64,000 nt of DNA, from contig CAWDPO010000004.1 in the NCBI GenBank assembly GCA_963804165.1, forward strand, positions 96,001 to 160,000. Direction: 5' to 3'. Below are positions 1-8,605 of the stretch, in pieces. Within the stretch, counting starts at the first letter, position 1. Each line of letters opens with the position of its first letter. A program made the position numbers and the translations under genes. The DNA is from an uncultured delta proteobacterium. GTDB lineage: Bacteria > Desulfobacterota > Binatia > UBA9968. The notes under the pieces were generated by a model. That model ran no database searches. It was not told the DNA's origin and saw nothing but the letters and a program-made list of their open reading frames with translations.

Positions 1-1388
1 TGCAGCAGCAAAAAATTGCCGGCGGACGTCTCGGCGACAACCTTGTGGCGCTCGGATTCATCGCTCGCGGCGATCTCGAAGCGATTCTTCAAGAGCCGCC
101 GCCCGTGGCAAAAAGCGTCGAGGACACGGGACTCGACGCCAATTTCCTGTTAAATTGCCTGCTCCGCACGATGTACATTTCGGCGTTGCAAACGATCCCG
201 GAACTTTCGGAGCAGATCAAGCTCACGCGCTGGGTCGTCGAAGAGCTTTTGAACTTCGCCAAAAAGGAAGCCCTGGTGGAAATTCGCGGCCCTTCGGAAA
301 AGAACTACAACATCATGCGCTATGCGCTCACCAACGCCGGCAAAGAGCGCGCCAGTGAGGCGCTGCGTCGTTGCGAATATATCGGCCCGGTCCCCATACC
401 ATTGGAAACTTATCAGACTCAAGTGCAAAAACAGACGATCACCAATGAAGTCATCAGCATTGAAAAACTCAAGAAAGCGCTGTCGCACTTGGTCCTGTCG
501 GAAGACGTCGTCCGCCGCCTCGGTCCGGCGTCGAACTCGGGACGTGCGATCCTCATTTATGGCTCTGCGGGCAACGGCAAAACATCCATCGCCGAGGCGC
601 TCGTGAGCGCCTTCGAGCAGCCCGTATACATACCCTACGCAATCGAAGCGGATGGTCAGATTATCAAGATTTACGACCCATCGGTCCACGTCGCGTTTGC
701 CACGGGCAACGGAGCGAACGGAAGTGACAACCCAATTTTTTTGCCGCATCTCGAACACGATCCCCGATGGGTGCGCTGTAGACGGCCCTACATCATCTCC
801 GGCGGTGAGTTGACCCTCGAGATGTTGGATTTAGATTTTGACCCCCATTCAAAATACTACGAAGCGCCCTTGCAAATGAAGGCTATTGGCGGCATCTTCG
901 TCATCGACGACTTCGGCCGTCAGCGGGTACGGCCGCACGAGCTGCTAAACCGGTGGATCTTCCCTCTCGAGCGCAAAATTGACTATCTGACGCTTCATAC
1001 CGGTAAGAAGTTTGCGTTACTGTTCGATCAACTGGTAATATTCGCGACGAACTTTCCGCCTGAGGAGCTCATGGACCCGGCGCAGCTGAGGCGTGTTCAC
1101 TATAAGATGAAGATCAATCCGCCGACGGTGGACGAATTTAAGGAGATTTTCCAGCGTATATGCGCCTCCTACGGACTGGATTTCTCCGAGGAGACCATGA
1201 CCTATTTGCTCAACACGTTTTACATCAAACACAAGATTCCCTTCGCCGGGTTTCACCCAAAGTTCATCGCCGAACATGTCATTGCCGCTTGTAACTATCT
1301 TGGCACTCCGGCGCAGATTTCGCGCCAGCTCCTGGCGGACTCCCTTGAGAATATGGTGATTCTCCCAACGTCTCCGACTCCAGAGTGA
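1..1388 (+). CDS. AAA+ ATPase with N-terminal MshEN-type c-di-GMP-binding motif (5' end outside window)
   Basis: Frame is open from base 3: QQQKIAGG-RLGDNLVALGFIARGDLEAILQ. Walker A GSAGNGKT, Walker B IFVIDDFGRQ, and a YEAPLQMKA motif. The ORF-track start at 45 is internal. Confidence 0.85.
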   Translation, partial: QQQKIAGGRLGDNLVALGFIARGDLEAILQEPPPVAKSVEDTGLDANFLLNCLLRTMYISALQTIPELSEQIKLTRWVVEELLNFAKKEALVEIRGPSEKNYNIMRYALTNAGKERASEALRRCEYIGPVPIPLETYQTQVQKQTITNEVISIEKLKKALSHLVLSEDVVRRLGPASNSGRAILIYGSAGNGKTSIAEALVSAFEQPVYIPYAIEADGQIIKIYDPSVHVAFATGNGANGSDNPIFLPHLEHDPRWVRCRRPYIISGGELTLEMLDLDFDPHSKYYEAPLQMKAIGGIFVIDDFGRQRVRPHELLNRWIFPLERKIDYLTLHTGKKFALLFDQLVIFATNFPPEELMDPAQLRRVHYKMKINPPTVDEFKEIFQRICASYGLDFSEETMTYLLNTFYIKHKIPFAGFHPKFIAEHVIAACNYLGTPAQISRQLLADSLENMVILPTSPTPE

Positions 1389-1394
1389 ACGCAA

Positions 1395-2675
1395 ATGGTG
1401 AAACCCCTTGCGCTTATTATTCACTCCACAGAAGCGCCGGTCACGGGAATTTCTAGACTCGTCGAAGCGCGCGACTGTTCAGTCCACTTGAGCCGAACGA
1501 TCGAGGAAGCAGAGCGTGTGCTTACGGCGTTTCCCGACGATCAACAGAAGTTTATCTTCGCCGATCTCGCTGTGTGTCAGGGAAACACCTGGAGCAATTT
1601 TACCGCGCGCCTGAAAGATCGTTGCACCAACCTGGCACTCATCTGCTACGACCCACATCATCTGCAAGGGCTTTACGGTTTATTCGGTCATGTCAACCAA
1701 ACGCCGGCCGACCCTGGTAATCCTCACGCGATCAAAGCGCCGACGATGATCGGCGACACCCCGCAGTTCCATGAAGTGTTAAATCTCGCCAATCGTTACG
1801 CCATGCATGACATTACTATCCTGATCACTGGGGAGACCGGTACCGGAAAAGAAGTAATGGCGCAATACATTCATTCCCATGGACCGCGCGGCGACAAACC
1901 CTTTGTCGGATGCAACATGACCGCGATTCCAGAGACTCTGGTTGAGAGCGAATTGTTCGGTTACGTCAAGGGCGCATTCACCGGAGCGGACCGCAACAAG
2001 AAAGGTTTCATCGAGGCTGCCGAAGGCGGGACTTTGTTTTTGGACGAGATCGGTGATCTGGCGCCGTCGATTCAGCTCAAACTTCTGCGTTTTCTCGAAA
2101 CTCGTCAATATTACAGAGTCGGCGAATCAACACCGAAAACCAGCGACGTTCGAATCGTCGCCGCCACCAATAAGGAACTCGAAGAAGCCATTCAAGGTAA
2201 CGGCTTTCGCAAGGACCTTTATTTTCGGGTCAACAGCGCACGCATAATTCTTCCTGCGCTTCGTGAACGCCGAGAGGACATGATCCTGTTAATTGCAAAT
2301 TTCGTCTATCAAGGCTGCAACCAATTTCAAAAGCCGCTCAAGAAGTTGACGAGTTCCGCCAAGGCGCTGTTTCTCGACTATCCTTGGCCAGGCAACATTA
2401 GGGAGCTTAAGAGCGTGATTGAGAGCGCCGTCATGGTATCCGACGGCGAATATATCACCATCAGCGACCTACCCATGAACTTGCAGCACTACGCCACCGG
2501 CCGGCGAGAGGAAATCGGCACGAAAGCCATTCGCAACATCGAAGAAGGCGAGCGCAGCGTGATCGAGGAGGCCTTGCGCCAAACCAATGGAAACAAAGCC
2601 AAGGCGGCGGAGGCGCTCGGCATTTCGACTCGCACGCTATACCGCAAGCTCGAAAAATTTGCTCTGGTCGGCTAG
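1395..2675 (+). CDS. Sigma-54-dependent transcriptional activator (bEBP) with degenerate receiver-like N-terminus and Fis-type HTH
   Basis: GETGTGKE, ESELFGYVKGAFTGA, LFLDEIG, WPGNIREL and C-terminal KAAEALGISTRTLYRKL. Confidence 0.95.
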   Translation: MVKPLALIIHSTEAPVTGISRLVEARDCSVHLSRTIEEAERVLTAFPDDQQKFIFADLAVCQGNTWSNFTARLKDRCTNLALICYDPHHLQGLYGLFGHVNQTPADPGNPHAIKAPTMIGDTPQFHEVLNLANRYAMHDITILITGETGTGKEVMAQYIHSHGPRGDKPFVGCNMTAIPETLVESELFGYVKGAFTGADRNKKGFIEAAEGGTLFLDEIGDLAPSIQLKLLRFLETRQYYRVGESTPKTSDVRIVAATNKELEEAIQGNGFRKDLYFRVNSARIILPALRERREDMILLIANFVYQGCNQFQKPLKKLTSSAKALFLDYPWPGNIRELKSVIESAVMVSDGEYITISDLPMNLQHYATGRREEIGTKAIRNIEEGERSVIEEALRQTNGNKAKAAEALGISTRTLYRKLEKFALVG

Positions 2676-2694
2676 TGATCTCGGCAAGTCGCGC

Positions 2695-3450
2695 ATGGCG
2701 TTTCTCATAACTACCGCGCTTGTCATCCTATCGTCCCTATTGCCGCTTTCGCTTATGTCGGGGCAATCCGGGAGCGCGTCTCAAGCAACACAGCAATCCG
2801 CAGAAATCCAAGTCTACGCCTCCGCCGACGAAACATCCCAACAGGTCGGCCTACTTTTACCCGGCGAGAACGTCACTCCAATAGGCGAAACCCAAGGCGG
2901 CAGCGGCGTCAAATGGTATCTCGTCAAGACCAAAGGTGGGGTCATCGGTTGGATCAAACAAGGCGATAATGATAACGCGAAGAAGATCGACACTTTTTTC
3001 AAGTCTTTGCCGCAAGATGCCGCCGCAACCACAGTCGCGATTCCCAACGTTTCTTCAGCCGTAGCGCCGCGAGGTGCGATCACAATTCCAGTGCTAGCGG
3101 CGGGCCGTTCAACCATTGTCTCGGTTATATTCAACCAAACTGTCACCGGCAATCTGACGTTGGATACCGGCGCGCCTAACACGGTTATTTCGCGTCGGCT
3201 CGCCGGACTGTTGTCGTTACGCACAATTGGAAACGCCGCTGTACAGACGGTGGGTGGGGTAATTCCGGTCGCGATTGCAAGGCTTCGCTCGCTAAGCGTC
3301 GGTTCAGCCGAAGTGACAGATCTGCATGTCGTTGTCCACGATTTCTCCCGTGATCCTCGTGTTGAAGGCTTGCTCGGAATGGACTTTCTTGGCCGCTTCC
3401 GGTTCGGTCTGGACGCCCAACACCAGGTCCTAGTGCTTTGGCCACGATAG
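2695..3450 (+). CDS. Exported SH3-like domain plus retropepsin-like (clan AA) aspartic protease
   Basis: Hydrophobic signal-like N-terminus from ATG 2695; SH3b-like WYLVKT..G.IGWI; LDTGA catalytic motif and GLLGMDFL. Confidence 0.85.
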   Translation: MAFLITTALVILSSLLPLSLMSGQSGSASQATQQSAEIQVYASADETSQQVGLLLPGENVTPIGETQGGSGVKWYLVKTKGGVIGWIKQGDNDNAKKIDTFFKSLPQDAAATTVAIPNVSSAVAPRGAITIPVLAAGRSTIVSVIFNQTVTGNLTLDTGAPNTVISRRLAGLLSLRTIGNAAVQTVGGVIPVAIARLRSLSVGSAEVTDLHVVVHDFSRDPRVEGLLGMDFLGRFRFGLDAQHQVLVLWPR

Positions 3451-3607
3451 CTAAGCCGAGATTTTCGTAAGAAAACCAAAAACATAGCTGGATTGGGCCA
3501 CGTACAATTTTGTTCGCCCTGAACAGAATTCGTGGCATTATCTAGGATTTTTGCGACAAGCTCTGTTTAGATTGCTGAAAATGCAGCCGTTTCAGAAAGG
3601 GTATTCG

Positions 3608-3623
3608 TGGCAACTGTTTTGCT
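3608..3623 (+). promoter_or_regulatory. Sigma-54 (-24/-12) promoter
   Basis: TGGCAACTGTTTTGCT (GG-N10-GC), intergenic, 57 bp before ATG 3681. Confidence 0.7.
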
Positions 3624-3680
3624 TAGATGACAAGTGTTCCAGTCTCGAAATCATCGTTCAGCATGTAACTGGATAACTCC

Positions 3681-5129
3681 ATGCTTCCAGCTCAGACACA
3701 AGAATTACAGCCCGAGATGGTACCTGTGCAGCAAACTCCTACCCCGACGGTCTACGGCTTTGGCAAAGTGCTCTCGTCCATCCAGGGCTTGCAGCAACGG
3801 CTTGAGGATTTCTCCGTCGAGGACGTCAGCCGCGCCGAAACTGACGCCAAGAACCTGATTCAGCAGCTTTCCGTGCTGCGATCGAAACTCCAATGCCTAG
3901 CGGAACTACAGGAATTCGTCGTCTCCGCCAATTCGCGAATCAGCGAGATTCCCGCAGAGAATTTCGAGCAAGCCGCTCCGGATGGGTTGGAAAATCATCC
4001 CCAGCTGCATGCAATTGTTCAAGCCAGCAAGCTAATCCGCTTTCACAGAATCATGAAGGCCGCCAAGGCTGGCGCAGAATCAATTTCCTTCGACCCAGAG
4101 GCTGGCGTGCTAAATATCGCGACTTCAGCTGTGCAGGATCGATTAACAGAACCTTTGGCGGAGATATCACTGCCACCCCCTGAACCGGAATTCTCACATC
4201 TATTCGACTCTCCGCCCGAGGCCCGTTCCGAGTTAACCCCCACAGAGACCGGTAGCGCGTCAAGTGAGCCTATATACGCGGTCGAGGACCACGAATGGTT
4301 GTTCTCAACTGAAACTGAATCACAATCGTCCCACGAAGCAGTTACAGACCAGCTTTTCGAACTCGCCCCGGCCGACTTGCAGGCACCCGCGGACCCCGAC
4401 CCAATTGGAAAATCACCGAGCGACAAGCCGGCTGTGAGAAGTGACACCCAAGGCATTGAAACGAAAGTATCACCCGCATCGGCAGCCGATTTTGACCAGC
4501 GGTTCCTAAGCGACCTGATCGAAACATATGGAGAGTTCACGGTAACACCAAATTTACCTGCGACGATCGAAGCGACGCAAGCGGCCAAGTCCGAGACCCA
4601 CGAGTTCCAAATGGTCGACGCGCCAGTACAGCTACGGAGACCCGCAAAGAAACAGTCGCCCAAGCTTCAGGCGCTTTCCACACCGGTCACCGAACAACCG
4701 AAATCGGAGGAACACCAAACTCTCCCTGTGCCGCTTACCTCGCCAAAGCCCGCGGAAAGCAAGGCCCCCGAACTGTTAGCGATCCCTGCACCGAGGACTA
4801 GCGAGTCGGAGCCGATCGAGAAAGAACAAAGGATTCCAACCGTAAGCAAGCATGGCGAGCTCGACCGGCAGTTAAAAAGCATCATCAAAGATTACGGCGA
4901 GTACGACTTGTACTCCCATCGAAGCGCGATCAATTTTAAGACTGCGGCGATCGCGGCATTCGCCGTCTTAGGTTTGGTATTGGGCGGTTTCTACTTTTTC
5001 AAAGTCCCCGCTGTCCCCACACCCGCTGCCGTTAGCACAATCGAGCAGCCGAGCAGCCTACCCGATACAGCCAAAACTAATGCGGGCGCACGGTCCGCAA
5101 ACACTTCAAACAGCAATAAAAGTAAATGA
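3681..5129 (+). CDS. Hypothetical membrane-anchored protein: N-terminal coiled coil, long Pro/Glu/Ser-rich disordered region, C-terminal TM helix
   Basis: 482-aa ORF with heptad-like N-terminus, low-complexity middle and TM segment AAIAAFAVLGLVLGGFYFF. Confidence 0.8.
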   Translation: MLPAQTQELQPEMVPVQQTPTPTVYGFGKVLSSIQGLQQRLEDFSVEDVSRAETDAKNLIQQLSVLRSKLQCLAELQEFVVSANSRISEIPAENFEQAAPDGLENHPQLHAIVQASKLIRFHRIMKAAKAGAESISFDPEAGVLNIATSAVQDRLTEPLAEISLPPPEPEFSHLFDSPPEARSELTPTETGSASSEPIYAVEDHEWLFSTETESQSSHEAVTDQLFELAPADLQAPADPDPIGKSPSDKPAVRSDTQGIETKVSPASAADFDQRFLSDLIETYGEFTVTPNLPATIEATQAAKSETHEFQMVDAPVQLRRPAKKQSPKLQALSTPVTEQPKSEEHQTLPVPLTSPKPAESKAPELLAIPAPRTSESEPIEKEQRIPTVSKHGELDRQLKSIIKDYGEYDLYSHRSAINFKTAAIAAFAVLGLVLGGFYFFKVPAVPTPAAVSTIEQPSSLPDTAKTNAGARSANTSNSNKSK

Positions 5130-5153
5130 GATAGGAGAGGGTTGGAAAAGACG

Positions 5154-5480
5154 ATGAAAAACGATCTACAGAATCTGACGGAAGACATTTCGCGGCTCTA
5201 TGAAGACATCACCCAGAAGGCTGAATCGCTCGGACAGATCGACAGCATCACCCGTCTTTATGACGAGCTCCAAGCGCAATTGCAGGGAATTTCTACCGAG
5301 GAAGTCGATCTGCTTCAGAGTCAGATCAAATCGACGCTCGAGCAAATGGTGGGGATAAGCAAGAGTCTCGCGGTGATCAAGACTTTGAAAATGACGCTCA
5401 ACGGCCACGATGAACTGGCCGATCTGACGAAAAAAGCCCAGGGTGGGAAAGACCCAAGGCGCTCGATCGAGGATCGATAA
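5154..5480 (+). CDS. Small coiled-coil hypothetical protein
   Basis: Helical Leu/Gln/Glu-rich ORF tightly packed in the operon. Start may be TTG 5142 after GGAGAGG. Confidence 0.75.
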   Translation: MKNDLQNLTEDISRLYEDITQKAESLGQIDSITRLYDELQAQLQGISTEEVDLLQSQIKSTLEQMVGISKSLAVIKTLKMTLNGHDELADLTKKAQGGKDPRRSIEDR

Positions 5481-5508
5481 GAACCCAGCGCGGTGACGCA
5501 TCCGAGCC

Positions 5509-6303
5509 ATGCAAGGTAATCTTTCTCAAATTAGTTTGACCGATCTCCTGTCGCTGACGACCAGTGGAAAAAAATCCGGAGTGCTGAAGCTCGTCCGGGG
5601 CAAGGAATCGGTGGAAGTTTTCCTAACCGACGGAAATATTGTCCACGCGACGTGCCCCATCGGCGATGGCGAGAAGGCGGTGCTCTATCCGGTAACCTGG
5701 GGGGAAGGAACTTTTAGCCTGCAACCCAACGGCACCGCACCCGCGACAACGGTCACCAAGAACTCGGCGGAGATTCTCGATGAGGTCAGAGCGATGACGC
5801 GCGAGTGGGAAACCATTCTCCAGGTGATTCCGTCGGGCAAGGCCGTTTTTCGGCTCGCTGATCTGCCGCCCGATCATACGGGACCGATCACTGTGCCAAA
5901 CGTGGGTTGGCGGGTCTTGAGCAAACTCGACGGCGTTCGAACCGTGCAAGAAACTACCGAGCTCTTACGCATTCCCTTCGCCTACGCGGCGAAAGTTATT
6001 TATAGCCTTTACAAAGCGAACCTCGTCGAGGCAGCGGCGCCATTCGTAAAGCCCGTCGTTGAACTCGTGCCTCCTGCGTTATTGAAACGAGTGACCCTCA
6101 TCCTCACGGAAGTCATGGGACCGATGGCGCCACTAGTCTTGCGCGATCAAATCGAAGCCCTCGGCGAATCGCCCGAGAGCTTTCCTGAAGCAAAACTCGA
6201 TGAACTGATTATGCTCATCGGCCGTGAAATCCCCGACGGCAAGCTTAAAACCAAGTTCGAGGAATCGATGTTTCAAGAGACCTCGAACTTTAAACGATTC
6301 TGA
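5509..6303 (+). CDS. DUF4388 (PATAN-like) protein with central wHTH-like segment and C-terminal 'MGPMA' helical domain
   Basis: N-terminal QGNLSQISLTDLL...KKSGVL...GNIVHA...W.EGTF is the typical DUF4388 pattern. Confidence 0.85.
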   Translation: MQGNLSQISLTDLLSLTTSGKKSGVLKLVRGKESVEVFLTDGNIVHATCPIGDGEKAVLYPVTWGEGTFSLQPNGTAPATTVTKNSAEILDEVRAMTREWETILQVIPSGKAVFRLADLPPDHTGPITVPNVGWRVLSKLDGVRTVQETTELLRIPFAYAAKVIYSLYKANLVEAAAPFVKPVVELVPPALLKRVTLILTEVMGPMAPLVLRDQIEALGESPESFPEAKLDELIMLIGREIPDGKLKTKFEESMFQETSNFKRF

Positions 6304-6337
6304 TCTCACCCAAACATCGCTTTGGAGGAAATAATCG

Positions 6338-7111
6338 ATGCCTCAGGAAACTGTGTCCGTGGAAAGCTCTAAACTCGCTAAGCCTATCAGTATCGATTGG
6401 CAGCGCGGGGGTCTGAGATGGAAAATCAGCACAACCTTTGGCGGGCTGATCCTGGTCTTGGGACTGCTTGTCATTGGAATTGTTTACTACTTTACCAGCG
6501 AAGCGCTGCAAAAGCAGGTGGATTTAAGATCGTCCGCAATAGCTACGAATCTTGCCGATGCCTCCGCCGGTCTAGTTTCCCGCAAGAGCGCTCTGGAACT
6601 CGACGCCCTGGTCGCCAAATACGGCCGCCTTGATGGAGTCGCTTACGCCTTCATTCAAGACCCCAAAGGCGAGGTCATCGTAAGCAGTATGCAGCCCTTT
6701 CCCGCCGAGCTGAAGGACGCGGGTGGGACCTCGGCATCATCCCGGGTGACCCGCGTACGCGGTAAATCTGTCTATGAAACTCGCTCCCCGTTGCTCGATG
6801 GACAACTGGGGGTTGTCCGTGTCGGTTTATGGGCAGAAACGATCCAGGACGATGTGCGCTCGACGTTGTTGCCGATTATCGGGCTGATCATCGGTTGCCT
6901 GGTGCTCGGCATCGTCTTGTCCATCATGCTAGCCAGCAAAACGATCCGCCCTATTTTAGATCTAAAGGCTATCGCTGATGACATCAGCCGCGGGCGGCTA
7001 GACACCTCGGTTTCGATTCAATCGAACGACGAGGTCGGCGAATTGGGACGGTCGCTCGAAAGGATGAGAGCGAGTCTGAAGGCGGCAATGGTTCGGCTAA
7101 ATCGCGAATAA
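6338..7111 (+). CDS. Two-TM membrane sensor with HAMP domain and no output domain
   Basis: Two hydrophobic helices flank an extracytoplasmic domain. HAMP IRPI..L..IADDISRG.L.......SNDEVGELGRSLERM is followed only by a short tail. Confidence 0.9.
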   Translation: MPQETVSVESSKLAKPISIDWQRGGLRWKISTTFGGLILVLGLLVIGIVYYFTSEALQKQVDLRSSAIATNLADASAGLVSRKSALELDALVAKYGRLDGVAYAFIQDPKGEVIVSSMQPFPAELKDAGGTSASSRVTRVRGKSVYETRSPLLDGQLGVVRVGLWAETIQDDVRSTLLPIIGLIIGCLVLGIVLSIMLASKTIRPILDLKAIADDISRGRLDTSVSIQSNDEVGELGRSLERMRASLKAAMVRLNRE

Positions 7112-7150
7112 GAAACTGCGCGCCCTTAGCGCTAAAAAAGGAGAAAGTCG

Positions 7151-8524
7151 ATGGGATGCAGCATTAAGAACTTCATCGGGCGAATCGCTCTCGCGGTCAT
7201 CGGGATAATCAGTACCGTCACGCTTCCGCGGGTTTCCGGATCGTTGGCGGCGGAACGCCCGTTACAGAAAATCAACGTCGCCTACAGCTCGATCTCGGGC
7301 AACGTTTCTCCGCTTTGGATTACCCAGGACAGGGGCTTCTTCCGCAAATATGGCCTCGACGTTCAAGCAATTTTGATAGAGTCCGGCACGACCACAGCAC
7401 AAGCATTGGTCGCGGGCGATATTAGCTTTGCCTCGGTAGCAGGACCGGCCGCGATTCAAAGCAATCTGCGCGGCGCGGACGTTGTCATGATCGCCGGGAT
7501 AATCAACACCCTGACGTTTCAACTTTATACCGAAAGAGGCATCACCCGTCCGGATCATTTTAAGGGCAAATCGGTCGGCGTGACACGCTATGGGTCTGCC
7601 ACCGATTTCGCGATGCGCTATGCTCTCGACAAGTACGGGTTGGACGCCAACAAGGAGGTCGCAATCCTTCAATTAGGTAATCAACCCGCACAGCTGGCGG
7701 CCCTTGAAGCCGGTAAGGTCCAAGGGGTAATGCTTTCGGCACCGACATCGCTCCGGGCAAAAAAAATGGGATTCCCCATGCTCGCCGATTTGCAAATGCT
7801 GGGATTGGAATACCAGCACACTAGCATCGCAACGACCAAGGCGTTGCTGAAATCGAAACCCGATTTGGCGCGGGACTTTCTGCGAGCCTATATCGAAGGG
7901 ATTCAATACGCCAAGACCCATCGAAAAGAAACAATGGAAATTCTCGCAAAGTATCTACGCACGGATGACAAGGAAATTCTGGATGACACCTATGAATCGA
8001 TCATTATGACGCTGGTGCCCGAAAAACCCTACCCGACCATGAAGGGATACAGATCATCCTGCGCGAGTTCGGCGCTAAAGATGCCGTCGCTCGATCGGCT
8101 CGTCCGGAGCAGTTTGTTGATATCAGCGTAATGAAGGAGTTGGACAGCTCGGGATTTATCGATCGGCTTTATAAATCACCGGCCGTCGCCAAAGTGGCGC
8201 CGAAAGGCGAACCGGTAGCCGCACCAGCAGTGGATAAGCCGGCAAATCGTGGAGGCCAAGACCAAGCCGATAGCGACTGAAGAAAAACCCAAGCCGGTCG
8301 CAAAACTAATCCCCGCCGGCCAGCGAAAAGGCCGGCCACCGTCCCCGCTGCAAAGTCCGCGGGCAGCAATACACTGTCAAACCCGGCGACACGCTCAGCA
8401 AAATAGCGGAACAATTCTACAATCCACCGGCCAAGTGGGACAAATTTATGAGGCCAAAAGCGACGTACTCAAAAATCCTAATTACATCTACGTCGGCATG
8501 AAACTAGTGATTCCGGACCGATAG
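7151..8524 (+). CDS. NitT/TauT (SsuA/NMT1-like) substrate-binding protein fused via a Pro/Ala/Lys linker to C-terminal LysM (apparent frameshifts)
   Basis: SBP motifs GFFRKYGLDV and GVTRYGSATD. After an indel near 8045 the frame continues IQIILREF...ELDSSGFIDRLYK, then linker, then YTVKPGDTLSKIAEQFY...IYEA..DVLKNPNYIYVGMKLVIP (8370-8524). Confidence 0.8.
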
Positions 8525-8542
8525 GCAATCGTAACATAGCGG

Positions 8543-8581
8543 AAAAGCGCCGGGCGGGTAAGGCCCTCCGGCGCTTTTTTT
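8543..8581. terminator. Intrinsic terminator between convergent operons
   Basis: AAAAGCGCCGG-loop-CCGGCGCTTTTTT. Confidence 0.8.
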
Positions 8582-8605
8582 GCGTTTTGCAGCTCGATAA
8601 AATTT

